Made by a program: the position numbers and the translations under genes
Notes under the pieces: model-generated
The model's database searches: none
Told to the model about the DNA's origin: nothing
The model's input: only the letters and a program-made list of their open reading frames with translations
DNA from: Chiloscyllium plagiosum
Lineage: Eukaryota
DNA length: 64,000 bases
Assembly (NCBI RefSeq): GCF_004010195.1
Contig: NC_057718.1
Location: 79,826,944 to 79,890,943 of the forward strand
Reading direction: 5' to 3'
In this document: positions 36,263 through 49,519 of the stretch, piece by piece
Layout of the letters: every line of letters starts with the position of its first letter
How positions within the stretch are numbered: the stretch's first letter is position 1

Positions 36263-37740
36263 ACTAAAAATGATACACACTTTAAATCAAGTATACATCA
36301 TCCTGAATCCCAGGGGACTTTCGAAAGGTGAAGTCGGAGATCTCACATTTGGATTATGTATCGGGGGTGAGGGAGAGATTAAATCGAGTAGGTGAGTTAG
36401 CTAATCGGCACCTGAAGAGGGCACAGCATAGAATGAAGTCGGTGGCAGATAGAAACTCTGAAATTCAAACATTTTCCTATAAGTATGATGTATTAGCATT
36501 GTTACCAGTGGTAGAAGATCCCTTCAAAGTCAGGTTTAGTGGTCCTTATCAAATTGAGGAAAACTTAAGTCAAGTAAACTATCTGGTAAAGATGCCAAAT
36601 AGAAAAAAATCTGCATTGGGAATGTCATGTGAATACGCTGAAACCTGACTATAACAGAGAGAAGGAACTGGAGAATCAGGTGTTAGTTACTACCCTGCAG
36701 AGTGAGGAATCAAACCCAGATGTTGTGGAGTCTGATATGCCTCAAAATACTTTAAACAATGAGGAAGCCCCGAAGGATTGGGATAAGTTCGTAAACTATC
36801 TGCCTCAGGAGCAAAGAATGCAGTTGAAAGGTTTGTTGCAGCAGTATCAGGACATATGCAGGAATAAATTGGGGAGGACAAACGCTATTGTGTATGAGGT
36901 AAAAGTAGGGAATGCTGTTCTGATAAAAGAAAAGTGGATGCGATGCTCAATGAAGCTGTCATTGAACTGAGTCAGAGAGAATAGGGTTCACCGATTGTGT
37001 TAGTTCCCAAACCTGATTCAACAATTTTGTGTGGACTATCGGAAGGTCAATGCCATTACAAAATCGGACTCTTACCCAAAACCAAGATTGGAGGACTATA
37101 TAGAGAAAGTTGGACAAGCCACTTATATCACAAAGTTGGACTGAGTGGGTGGTTATTGGCAGGTACCTTTATCAGAGAAAGCGAAAGAAATTTCTGTGTA
37201 ACCCCAAATGGGCTTTATCAATTCAAAGTGATGCCCTTTGGAATTAAGAACACACAAGCCACATTCCAAAGACTCATGAACAAAGTTGTGGCTGGGTTAA
37301 CAAACTGTGCAGTTAATCTGGATGATGTAGTGGTCTTTAGTGTGTCATGGAAAGATCACATGGTACAGTTGGCAGAACTCTTTGGACGATTAAGTAAAGC
37401 AAAACTGGTAATAAATTTAAAGAAAACAGAATTTGTGAAAGCAGAGGTAATGTTCTTGGAACATAACATCAGTCATGGAAGGTTGACCCCAAGGAACGCA
37501 AAGATGAAGGCCATCGAGGAACTTCCATGAGCAAACTCGAAGAAAGAGGTGCTTCGATTTTTGGGACTAAGCGAATTCTTCTGGATGTTTGTTCCAAACT
37601 TCAGCAGTGCAGTGGCACTGTTAACAGATTTGCTGAAGAAGAACACAAACTTTCAGTGGACAGAACAATGCCAGGAGGCATTTGACAATTTAAAAACAGT
37701 ACTAATGACCGCACCAGTTTTAGTTACACCAAACCTTTTT

Positions 37741-38325
37741 TTTAAAATAAAACCTTAAGTTAACTCGAGAATGTGACTTAAAAGAAGTTCTGAGATTAAC
37801 ATATTAATGAACTGAAACTTGCAACCCATTCTAAAAGATGAAGGACCTAACAGCAATTTAGGTTTGTTCAAAATACCATTTCAGTTGCATGACACTGTAA
37901 TCTTTTGCTATAAAAAACTAGAGGGCACAGGTTTCGGTTGAGAGGGGAAAGATCTAAAAGGCATCTAAGGGGCAACCTTTTCATGTTGAGGGTTGTGCAT
38001 GTGTGGAATGAGCTGCCAGAGGAAGTGGTGGAGGTTGGTACAATTACAGCATTTAAAAGGCATCTGGATGGGTATATGAATAGCAAAGGATTAGAGGGAT
38101 ATGGGCCAAGTGCGGGCAAATGGGACTAGATTAAGTTAGGATATCTGGTCGGCATGGACGAATTGGACCTAAGGGTTTGTTTCCGTGCTGTGCAATCTCT
38201 ATGGCTTTATCCCTATTGTGATCCTGTTCCACAGCTACCTGATGAAGAAGCAGAGCTCTGAAAGCTAGTGCTTCCAAATAAATCTGTTGGACTACAACCT
38301 GGTATTGTGAATTTTAACTTTGCCC
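37741..38325 (+). mobile_element. Penelope 3' terminus (family B hammerhead at 38239-38267) interrupted by a CR1 3' end (~37915-38210)
   Basis: Reverse complement of 30690-30900. CTGATGAAGAAGCAGAGCTCTGAAAGCTAGTG. The CR1 piece encodes WNELPEEVVEVGTITAFKRHLD. Confidence 0.85.
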
Positions 38326-39046
38326 ATCAATCCATTCAATCTTCCTTCCCACCCATCCACTGTCATCACTATCAATACTACCTTTTCCTCAAAGCTCTCA
38401 CTCCTGAAGAAAGTCACTGGGTTCAAAACATGAACTCTGTCTTTATCCAACAATGCTGCCAGACCTGCTCAGTTGCTCCAGTAAGATCTGTTTTTGTCCC
38501 ACAAGTTCTGCTTATTTGGGAATTAATTTGTGATTAAGGTTGGTGATAGTAAAGTAAAATGTCAATCAGAAACATATGAATGACTTTGATGTTGCGTGCA
38601 GACTTTGATCTAACAGCTTCATTCTATACCATAGAAAGTAAATCTTGGAAACCGCGAATGTGCATTTCACCCTGTTGAGCATCTTCAGCACCATTGCTAA
38701 CCATGATCATGTTTATATTATCCTTTTACACAAACAATGACATTGTTGAGTTGGCTGACTCTTCTCTCAATGTCTGACAAGATTGAAAATAGAACCTTCT
38801 GGAATGTGTCAGATGCTGAACTTGGTAACATTTTGAAAGCATTCTATGGTTTGAACATATTCCATTGTGAGCAACAAAAGCTGCAAAATATCAGGTTTTC
38901 TCTGCTAGTAGTGCCTGAAGATACCGCCATTGCATGCTGAGCTTTGAAGATTATGGAGTCAAAAATGTTCCTGATAGTTCTTGGAGTGTAGGAATTGGAT
39001 ATATATCTGGAATAACTGCTTTGTTAACCACCTTATGTTGACTAGG

Positions 39047-39235
39047 CGAAAGTGAGATGCAGATGCTGGAGATTAGAGTCGAGAGTGTGGTGTCGGAAAA
39101 GCACAGCAGGTTAGGCAACATCCAAGGAGCAGGAGAGTCGTTGTTTCGGGTAAAAGCTTCCTGATGAAGGGCTTTTGCCAGAAATGTCGACTCTCCTGCT
39201 CCTTGATTGCTGCCTGACCTGTTGTGCTTTTCCAT
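39047..39235. mobile_element. Fold-back Penelope-derived mini element
   Basis: Inverted arms flank the hammerhead motif CTGATGAAGGGCTTTTGCCAGAAATGTC at 39161-39188. Confidence 0.85.
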
Positions 39236-39795
39236 CTTACATTGACACATAGTCTCAGTTTGCCACTTTTGAGTCATGCAATCATTTGGTTCAGTGTGCA
39301 TGGGATTAAGTTAATTCACTTAGTCAAATGTCTCCTTCAAGTCACTTCAACTCATAACACTTTAACAAGGATTGCCAATGGCAACCATCCAAAATTTTGC
39401 TAAACTGGTTAAAATAAATTGTCGACCAATAGAGCATAGCAGGACACCTTAATCTCTTCAAATCCAGAAATAAGGAAAGATGCAGTTGTACATTGTCAGT
39501 GTCATCCATCATGTTAATTTGTACTCTGGTGGGATCTTCAATTTTGAAGCCAAGCTCTTTGAGAAGTTTTATTCCCCACAAGGTTTCTGCCTCTGGCTAC
39601 ATAGAACATGAATCTTGCACACTAGAATTACAATCATTCTCAAAACCGACATAACCAAGCCATTGTAAACTGGAAGTGTGTCTGTCACAGGAGTAAGAGA
39701 AAGTTATAAAAAAAATGATAGCAGTATTGAATGTTCAATTTAGTTTTGTACCAATATCATTGAGGAGGAACATTTAGATGTTTGTGATCTTGAAT

Positions 39796-40812
39796 CCTAA
39801 CAGCTACCTGGACTACACCTCCTCCCATCCTGCCCCCTGTAAAAACACCATCCCATTCTCCCAATTCCTTCGACTCCGCCGCATCTGCTCCCAGGAGGAC
39901 CAGTTCCAAAAACGCACATCCCAGATGGCCTCCTTCTTCAAGGACCGCAATTTCCCCCCCGACGTGGTCGACGATGCCCTCCACCGCATCTCTTCCACTT
40001 CCCGATCCTCCCCCCTTGAATCCCGCTCCTCCAACCGCCACCAGGACAGAACCCCACTAGTCCTCACCTACCACCCCACNNNNNNNNNNNNNNNNNNNNN
40101 NNNNNNNNNNNNNNNNNNNNNNNNNNNNNNNNNNNNNNNNNNNNNNNNNNNNNNNNNNNNNNNNNNNNNNNNNNNNNNNNNNNNNNNNNNNNNNNNNNNN
40201 NNNNNNNNNNNNNNNNNNNNNNNNNNNNNNNNNNNNNNNNNNNNNNNNNNNNNNNNNNNNNNNNNNNNNNNNNNNNNNNNNNNNNNNNNNNNNNNNNNNN
40301 NNNNNNNNNNNNNNNNNNNNNNNNNNNNNNNNNNNNNNNNNNNNNNNNNNNNNNNNNNNNNNNNNNNNNNNNNNNNNNNNNNNNNNNNNNNNNNNNNNNN
40401 NNNNNNNNNNNNNNNNNNNNNNNNNNNNNNNNNNNCCACAAGGGATGGACTCGGATTTCACCAGTTTCCTCATTTCCCCTCCCCCCACCTTGTCTCCGTC
40501 AAATCCATCAAATTCAGCACCGCCTTCCTAACCTGCAATCTTCTTCCCGACCTCTCCGCCCCCACCCCAGTCTGACCTATCACCCTCACCTTGACCTCTT
40601 TCCACCTATCACATTTCCGACGCCCCTCCCCCAAGTCCCTCCTCCCTATCTTTTATCTTACCCTGCTGGACCAACTTTCCTCATTCCTGAAGAAGGGCTA
40701 ATGCCCGAAACGTCGATTCTCCTGTTCCCTAGATGCTGCCTGACCTGCTGCGCTTTTCCAGCAACACATTTCCATCTCTGATCTCCAGCATCTGCAGACC
40801 TCACTTTCTCCC
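39796..40812 (+). mobile_element. Young Penelope-like element 3' part spanning an assembly gap
   Basis: SYLDYTSSHPAPCKNTIPFSQFLRLRRICS...DRTPLVLTYHP. Intact hammerhead motif CTGAAGAAGGGCTAATGCCCGAAACGTC at 40687-40714. Confidence 0.92.
40080..40435. other. Assembly gap
   Basis: Run of N. Confidence 1.
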
Positions 40813-41324
40813 TAAAAATGATTAAGCACAATCTATGATGCTATACTCACCTCAGATTTCACTCTGTCAACTGATTCCTCCGCTTACCAAATTTATGAAG
40901 TCTTCTTAGTCAATTTTCTCAATTTTGCAGAGTAACTTATTTCTAAGTATAAGTTCCATGTTTTTCTCTAGGATTGTACATGGCATTGTGAGTTGATGGA
41001 TATCTCCACAATTTGGAGCATTTCTGAGGGAATCTGAGTATGATAAATATGTGTTGTTGAGACTACTGAGGGCTCTTTGTCCATATCCTCGCATGTGAGC
41101 TGATTGTCCAAGGCATGTCTGCAACCCTGAGTCTGAGGTGCATTTCTGTGTAACGTCTTCAATTCAAACATTGAGAATTCAGTTTGTATTGCCAAGGTCA
41201 TGGCCTTTTCTAATGTTATATCATTGTCTTCACCAAGGAGGTGTTCTCTAATTTATAAAATTGAGGATTTTCTATAAGTTGGTCCTGAATTAGGTCATTT
41301 ATTAATTAGTGTGCCAAATGTATA

Positions 41325-42135
41325 TAGAGTAATAGAGATATACAGCACAGAAACAGACCCTTCAGTCCAACTCATGCATGCCAAATTTATGCCCTCAATA
41401 AATCTAGTCCTATTTGCCAGAATGTGGCCCATATCCATCTAAACCTTTCCTGTTTATATACCCAAGCAGATGCCTTTTAAATGTTGTAATTGTACCAGAC
41501 TCCACCACTTCCTCTGGCAGCTCAATCCATACACGCACCACCCTCTGCGTGAAAAAGTTGCCCCTTAGATTCATCTTAAATCTTTCCCTTCTCACCCTAA
41601 TCTATGCCCTCTAGTTTTGGATTCACCCACCCCTGGGAAAAGACCTTGTCTATTTACCCTATCCATGCCCCTCTTGATTTTATAAGCCTCTATAAAGTCA
41701 CCCCTCAGCCTTTGATGTTCCAGAGGAAAATAGCCCCAATATATTCAGCCTCTCCCTATAGCTCAAACCCTCCAATCCTGGCAACATCCTTGTGAATCCT
41801 TTCTGAAACCTTTCAAGTTTCATAATGTTGTTCCTATAGGAGGGAGGCCAGAAGCACTCGCAACATTCCAGTAGTGGCCTAACCAATGTCCTGTACAGCC
41901 ACCACATGACCTCCAAACTCCTTTACTCAATGCAATGACCAATAAAGGCAAGCATACCAATGCCTTCTTCACTATCCTATCGACCTGTGACTCCACTTTC
42001 AAAGAACTATGTACCTGTACTCCATGGTCTCTTTGTTCAGCAATGCTCCCTCAGATATTACCATTAAGTGTATAAGTCCTGCCCTAATTTGCCTTTCCAA
42101 AATGCAGCACCTCACATTGATCTAAATTAAACTGG
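41325..42135 (-). mobile_element. HER1/CR1-type LINE 3' fragment
   Basis: LYRTLVRPLLEC and GNFFTQRVVRVWIELPEEVV. Confidence 0.92.
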
Positions 42136-42544
42136 AAGCCAACCAAATCTAGAAACCATCTGTTGCAATGCTGTCATATATTCATTGGTAGACTCATCTA
42201 TTTCCCTGACATCTGTGGTGGAATATGAATCATTCAATTAACGTAATTTTCAAGAGCACTCACTGTCAGATCAAATATAGATATCTGTGAGCGGCTTGGC
42301 CTTCTTCCCTGAGGAAATGGAGAAACTTTGCTTTCTTGTGGGTCACTGCTATCTAGACAATGTCCATATGCTTCGCAACCAAGTATAGATTGAACCTTGA
42401 ACTCTGTTGATTTGATGACAAAGTTGGATCTACCAGTGAAGAAAAGAGGTGCTAGAACAAGTGAACTTAAATGATTCTTCATCTTCATTGACAGTTGTTA
42501 AGATTAATGGAATAATTGGTCATGTGGTTGTGAGATACCCCTTG

Positions 42545-44875
42545 GAGATGTGTGTGCATAATATGATGAAATTCTTCATCATGATGGAAAATGAGGTAGT
42601 TGATTCTGAGACTAGACTCCTGAATATTAATAAGGGAAACTATGATGTTATGACGTTTGAGTATGCTGTGATGGATTGGGAAATGTTTCTGAAAGGAATG
42701 ACAGTGGATAAGCTCCGGCAAACATTCAAAGAGCAAACAAGTGAATTACAAAAATTGTTTATTGCTATCTCGTGCAAGAGTGCAAAGAGGCCAAATAATA
42801 GCTTACAATTGAAGTTAGAGATAGTATTAGAAGCAAACAAAAAGGCATACAAATTGGCAAAAAAAAAGACCTGCAGACTGGGAATATTTTAAAGTCAATA
42901 AAGGAAAACAAAGAGATTTATTAAGAAGTGAAAAAAATGAGTGTACGAAAGTGAGAAATAAGAGTAAGCTTGTGGGGAACATAAGATCTGACTAAACGTT
43001 CCTACAGATATGTACAGAGAAAAAGACTGGTGAAAACTAATGTAGGTCCCTTACAGTCAGAAATGGGGAAATTTATAATGGGGGACAGAAAAATGGCCGA
43101 TGAACTTGATTCATCACTTTGGTCTTCACAAAGGAGGATATGAATAACATCAGAAATGGTGGGGAACACAGTGATTAGTGAAAAGGAAGAACTGGAGCAA
43201 ATCTATACATGTAGAAAATTGGTGTTGAAGAGATCAATGAAATTGAAGGCTAATAAATCTCCAAGGCCTGATTAAAAATACACCTCACAGTACTTAAGGA
43301 AATGGCTAGAAATATTGAATGCATTGGTAGTCATCTTCCAAGATTCTTTAGCCTCTGGAATAGTTCCTATAGATTGGAAGGTATCTAATGCAATGTATTA
43401 TATTTAAAAAGGGAGGTAGACAGAAAACAGGGAATTAAAAACAGTGGTAGTCAGGAAAACCCTAAAATCCATTATCAAGGATTCATCATTAGAGCACTTA
43501 AAAATAGTGGTAAAATCAGACACAGTCAGCATGGAATAACAAAAAGAAAATAATTCTTGACAAACCTACTAGAATTCTTTGAGGGTATACATAATAGGGA
43601 GATCCGTGGATGTGGTTTTATTTGGATTTTCTGAAGGCTTTTGATAAAGTCTCACCTAAGTGACTAATGTGTAAAATTAAAGCACATAGGATAGTGCATT
43701 TGGTTAGCATACAGGAGACAAAGTGTGGGAATGAAAAAGGCCTTTTTCTGAATGGCGCTGACTGGTGAGGTACCATAGGGATCGGTACTAGGACCCTAAC
43801 CATTCACAGTATATGTTCATTTAGAAGAAGGAGCTAAATGTAATATCCTAAAATTTGCAGATGACCTAAAGCTGAGTGGAAAGGTGAGGTCTGAGATTGC
43901 AGTGATCTTGCACTGTGATTTGGACAATCTGAGTGAGTGGGAAAATGCATGGCTGTTGCAGTATAATGTGGATACATGTGAGATTATTCAATTTGGTAAT
44001 AACAATAGGAAGGCAGATTGTTATGTGAAAGGTTGTAAATTGAGAGAGGAGGATGTTCAATGAGATTTGAGAGTCCTCATACACTAGACACTGAAAGTAA
44101 GCATGCAGGTACAACAGGCAGTAAAGAAGGCAAATTGCAGTTTCACCCTCCTAGATGCCATTATATTCAGCACTGGTGAGGTCACACCTGGAAAAGTGTG
44201 CACAATTTTGGTCTCTTTATCTGAGGTAGGATCTTTTTAATGTAGACGGAGATCAGTAAAGGTTTACCCCAAATTGATTCCTGGGATGGCAGACCTGATA
44301 TACGAGGAGAGATTAAGTTGTATCCACTGTATACACTGTTTGTATACACTGGAGCTTAGAGAATGAGGGAGGAATCTCTTCAAAAACTATGATTTTGGAA
44401 ATGATTTGTGAACAATCACCTGAAGGAGCTGCACTCCGAAAGCTAATGTTTCCAATTAAACTTGTTGCACTATAACCTGGTGTTATGTGATTTTTAATTT
44501 CAAAAACTATAGCATTCTAATAGAAATAGACAGGTCACTTGCAGAAAAGATGTCCTTGATGGTGAGCGAGTCCAGATCCAGGAGTCATAGGCTAAGGATT
44601 AGACGCAAATCTTTTAGGACTGAGATGAGAAATTCCTTCATCCAGAGAGTGGTAAGCCTCTGGAATCCACAACAGTAGAAAGTGGTTGAGGCTAAAACAT
44701 TGTGTTTTCAGGAAAGAGGTAGACATCACTATTATTGCAAAAGAGATCAAGGGATATGGGGCGAAGGTGGGATTAGGGTATTGAGGTTGATGATTGATTA
44801 GCCATGATCATACTGAATGGCACAGCAGGGCCCAGAGGTCAAATGGCATACACCTACTTCTTCTCTGTTTCTATT
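42545..44875 (+). mobile_element. Older CR1-type LINE (RT and 3' end) with a Penelope terminus inserted at ~44400-44500
   Basis: DFLKAFDKV-like and KFADD-like segments (43620-43870), and RTEMRNSFIQRVVSLWN. Confidence 0.88.
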
Positions 44876-47108
44876 TGTGTCTCAGACTTGTGCAGATTTG
44901 ACACATCAGGTTTATTGGTTGAGCAGAAGTTTTGTTCAATGCTTCAAAATGTCGACTCCTTCCACCTTACTTTTAGTTTCTCAGCAACTGCATTTTCAGG
45001 CTTGATTAATGGCAGATAGCAAAGAAAACAGGCTATGGATAACTACAGTTTAACATTGAACAAATAAACTCAACTGCATTCCAGAATAGTATTTAAATAG
45101 CTGTCAAATGCTTTGGAATATTTTGAGCTTAAATTGTGGAAATAAATTGTCAATTTATAAACAAGGACCTCTTAAAAAAAACATTTATTTTCCTGTTGTA
45201 GTGGCAAAGTCATTGCTATTTCGGAGAAATGTGTATATTCTCATTGAAATAGAACTAATGATCAATCATAATGAGGCTGGAATAAAAGATTGCACAAGCC
45301 AGAGGATACATGCCCATTCTTAACAAATTCTGTCATCACCAATGGCTTGTTTTCAATGTGATCCAAACTACTTCTAACAGTCATCTTTGGCAACATGTGT
45401 GGAGAGAAACAGACTTAACATTTAAGGTTAATTACCTTTCACTAGAACATTCATTAGACCCTGAAATGTTGGCCACGGAAGATAGCTAACATGCTGAATG
45501 TTCCCAGCACTTTTTTGTTTTTATTTCAGATTTTTAGCCTCAAATATTTTTCTTTTCTGTTCATAAAAGATCAATGTTTTGAAATTTTGTAATTACTGGT
45601 CTTAACTGACATGTAAAAATAGTTATCAAACTGATAGAAAGTAGAGAATGTGATAACTTGTTTATGTTCAGCATTTGAAGTCAGAATATCCAAAGAAAAA
45701 AAGATTTTAAAGGTTTACATATTTGACTAACTAATAGGAGCACTCCAGAGTAAGGCCTTATTCTAAGTTTTATCACTGAGCATGGGTGCAGACTGTATTC
45801 ATTGACGGAGAAGCTGGACTGAGATGCTGCTTAAATTTAACAGTTCAGATAACCTTTCACCAGAGCAAAACTAAAATGATTTTTTTTTGATAAACAGGAG
45901 TATGGAAATGTCACTAGTTACTTAATCTAATTCAAAATATCAGCCTAGTAAAAGACTTACAATATCATAGCAACACCCCATCCCTGGTTGTCTTCTGATG
46001 AAACTGATTGAATAAATACACCAGCAGTACTAGGGTAGTTTAATTTAAACATATCTTGAAAACTCTAGTCAGTTAAGTTTATCCAAGCGTGAGTGTCCTT
46101 GTTTATTCCAATTGTTCAACTACTAATCTATAATTACTGTAAATAAAGTCACTGGAAAAAGCATAGAACTAAACAGCATACATGTAATCAACCAACAAGA
46201 ATATCAAGGATCCAAACAGTTTGCACAATATTTTGTTTGTATAAATATTTTACCTACTCTTATATCATTCCTCTTTTTACAATTTAATGGAAATGCTAAT
46301 CTATTTGAAGCAACCCATAAAGAAGCTGTCCTAAGAATAGACTTTTCAAAACTGTCAACATAGCCGGTTGAGAAATAAACTTTAAAAATCTGCAAGAAGA
46401 AATAATCCTGCCCTCTTATGGAAGTCCGACATGGCAAATTCATACCTTGCTTTATTAATGTCTCCATAGTCCTGATGCGTGATCTGCAAGGGATACTTTC
46501 TATGGCTTTCCACTGAGAGCAAGAGGGCAAGGCAGGGAATTGCTCAGAAGGTGACCAGAAGAAGCATGCTATCACACCCTTGAATACAGTGCCAGAATCA
46601 AGTGCTTCAATGATTTAAACAAAGCAGAAATATTGAGAACAATGACATCCTCAACTATACCTCTCCACTCTGCCTTCCCAAGCTCACTCCCCATACCAAC
46701 TGACCAAGCAAATACTTACTTATCTATCGATGCACTTCTTCACATCTCCATCTGTACATCCATCACAGATACAATTACACCTTAACACAAAATGATAATC
46801 TCGATCACAGTTATCCTCAAATACAGTCTATTCATCCATCTATTCACCATATTCCATTATTCTCCTTCATAGGTTTCAAGGTCCAAGTTAATTTAACATA
46901 AGCAGTACCCATGCTGATCTGATATATCATAGACATAAATTGGAGGTCAGACAGACATATCAAAATAGTGAAGGTCATCACAAATGTCATTAAAGTGATC
47001 TACAATGTATGTAGAATAGTTGAAGTAAACTCTCAGACCAATTTTTATGAGCAAAGCTTTGTACACGATTAGGCATGGAAGCAGCTGTGTGGTTTATTTT
47101 ACAGGTTC

Positions 47109-47417
47109 AGATTAAATTAGATTACAGTGTGGAAACAGGCCCTTCGGCCCAACAAGTCCACACTGACCCGCCGAAGCGAAACCCACCCATACCCCTACAT
47201 TTACCCCTTACCTAACACTACGAGCAATTTAGTATGGCCAATTCATCTGACCATGCACATCTTTGGACTGTGGGAGGAAACCGGAGCACCCGGAGGAAAC
47301 CCACGCAGACACGGGGAGAACGTGCAAACTCCACACAGTCAGTCGCCTGAGGCGGGAATTGAACCCGGGTCTCTGGCGCTGTGAGGCAGCAGTGCTAACC
47401 ACTGTGCCACCATGCCG
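47109..47417 (-). mobile_element. HE1-type SINE (young copy)
   Basis: Intact A and B boxes and core. Nearly identical to 60349-60625. Confidence 0.92.
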
Positions 47418-48369
47418 TTTAAGTAGTTATGGTGGATGTGCCGGTCATTTCTTCTCATCTTTTTTTCACAAGTGATATCCAGGAACTCCAAGAAACGTGT
47501 ACACCCTCAGTTAAATTTGAAAATTCTGATTAATAAAGCTTGTCCTCACTTGTTAACAGATTTGAATTGACAGTTTCCTTGAGGGTTCTTCTTACCCACA
47601 GAATTATCTACTGTAATTAAAAGAAATAGTCGATGGGTTGGACGCAACTTCCCAAATGCTTTGTAAATAATCAATATTGAATTGTACCTCCCCAAACCCT
47701 AGGACTCCTTTTATAGTGTTAGAAGAGTTGGTCTTCCAGGGTGGTCAAGGTAAGCCACTTACTCTTCACTTCCTGACAATTCTTTGCAGTTTCTTTATAT
47801 GTCTGATCCTTCTGTTACCCTTGCTATGCTTTGCAATGTTATGATGCACCACTGATCCATTCTCCCTCTTTCTGTCACTTGCTACCTCCAAATATACCCT
47901 CCATGTGCTACACATGAGAAGTTCCCCAAAATCATAAAAAGCATTATTTTATATTTTGAGTCATTTTTAACCTAATGCATCTAACTGTTAGCCTTCAAAA
48001 TTGCTCGGCAATATAAAAGACCATGGGTCCATCTAGTTAATCTCCTATCAAACTAATAGTTGCATGATATGATAATGATAGCACCACTGGCAATACTACG
48101 GCAATCTCAAGCAGTCCATGACAGATTTAGAGCTGAAGTGAGAAAATGCTGTTGGAAAGTTTTTGACTCCATAGACTGTAACAACTCTTCCCAACCTCTG
48201 CAGCATTAATCTATACCACCTTGTATCTCAGAGTTCAGACTACAGATGGTGGTCCAGCTGGGTATTAGCTGTTTGAAACCTCAGGTCTAGGGGAGACATG
48301 CTGACAAGCGTATGGGGAAAAACATTTCGGAGACCAACAGAATTGCATGTTTAAATACAGGGAGGTTAT

Positions 48370-49375
48370 GCTACAGCAGTATAACGTGCAGGTAAGGCCA
48401 CACCTGGAATACTGTATACAGTTTTGGTTTCTTCACTTGTGAATGGATATACTGGCTCTGGAGGGGGAGCAGAGGAGGGGGCTGTGTGGAAACAGGCCCT
48501 TCAGCCCAACAAGTCCACACCGACCTTCCGAAGAGTGACCCACCCAGATCCATTTCCCTACCCTATATTTACTACTGACTAATGCACCTAACTTGCACAT
48601 CCCTGAACACTATGGACAATTTACCTACTCAGATCCATTTCCCGACCCTATATTTACTGCTGACTAATGCACTTAACCTACACCTCTCTGAACACAATAG
48701 ACAACTTACCTAATCTGCACATCTTTGGACTGTGGGAGGAAACCGGAGCACCCAGAGGAAACCCGCACAGACTCAGGGAGAATGTGCAAACCCCACCCAT
48801 ACAGTTGCACAAGGCTGGAATTGAACCCGGGCCTCTGGTGCTATAAGCCAGCAGTGCTAACCACTGAGCCACCATTCCTAGGTTCACTAGGTTGATTCCA
48901 GAGTTGAGAGAATTGTCTTATGAGGAAAGATTGAGTAGCCTGGGACTATCCTCAATCGAATTTAGAAAAATGAGGGGGAATCTTAAAGAAACATATAAAA
49001 TTATGAAGGGAATAGTTAATACAGAATCAGGGAGGTTGTTTCCACTGGCAGGTGAAATTAGAAGCTTGAGCTAGGGGGCTTAGCCTCAAAATAAGAGGGA
49101 GCAGATTTAGGACTGAGCTGAGGAGGAACTTCTTCTCTCAAACGCTTCTGAATCTGTGGAATGAAGCAGTTGAGGCTATCTCACTGAATATTTTTAAGGC
49201 AAAGGTAGATTTTTGAATAGTAAAGGAATTAACGGTTATGATGAACGGATGGGGGGGAGGGAGTGTAAATGGAGCTGAGTACACGAAACAGACCAGCCAT
49301 GACCTTATTGAATGGCAGAGCAGGCTCAAGGGGCCAGATGTCCTACTCCTGCTCCTAGTTCTTTATGTTATGTTG
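48370..49375 (+). mobile_element. CR1-type LINE 3' fragment interrupted by an HE1-type SINE
   Basis: VRPHLEYCIQFW (~48390) continues after the SINE as LSYEERLSSLGLSSIEFRKMRGNL. Confidence 0.88.
48481..48878 (-). mobile_element. HE1-type SINE with an internal ~84-bp tandem duplication
   Basis: CAGATCCATTTCCC...ACAA(T/C)TTACCTA occurs twice (48546-48627 and 48630-48712). Confidence 0.88.
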
Positions 49376-49519
49376 TCTGAACTGTCTGCAGTCTAACTGT
49401 ATAATGGATTGAGAGCACAAAAGTCACAGCAAGAAACATGAGTGGGCACCTCCAAAAGTTGCACAGGAACTTCCAAGATGGCCCAAATTCAGGATTTCGT
49501 ATTATTTTAATGTTGATTC

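Larger units (their letters stand above)
32108..37740 (+). mobile_element. Gmr1-type Gypsy LTR retrotransposon (LTR, gag, PR, INT, RT, start of RNase H), decayed and 3'-truncated
   Basis: LTR TGTTAT...GTAACA at 32108-32889. Gag LEVFKNSLPEMIRVHV and knuckle CFHCGKVGQVKSQC (~33780). Integrase HELPVGGHLG, IDCVGPLPKTKSGN and SDQG (35060-35500) and GPY (~36540). RT YQFKVMPFG and LDD (37000-37500) lies downstream of the integrase. Confidence 0.92.
38560..42500 (-). mobile_element. Old Gypsy gag-pol remnant fragmented by later insertions
   Basis: Gag-like FHHRCQGIDESTNEYMTALQ (~42170-42225) and RT-like VNKAVIPDIYPIPTLQEL (~38975-39030). Interrupted by insertions at 39047-39235, 39796-40812 and 41325-42135. 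Confidence 0.6.

Noticed and set aside
39778..40575. Long ORFs spanning N runs (also 14665-15280)
   Set aside because: Their length is an artefact of translating gaps. The real parts are Penelope fragments.
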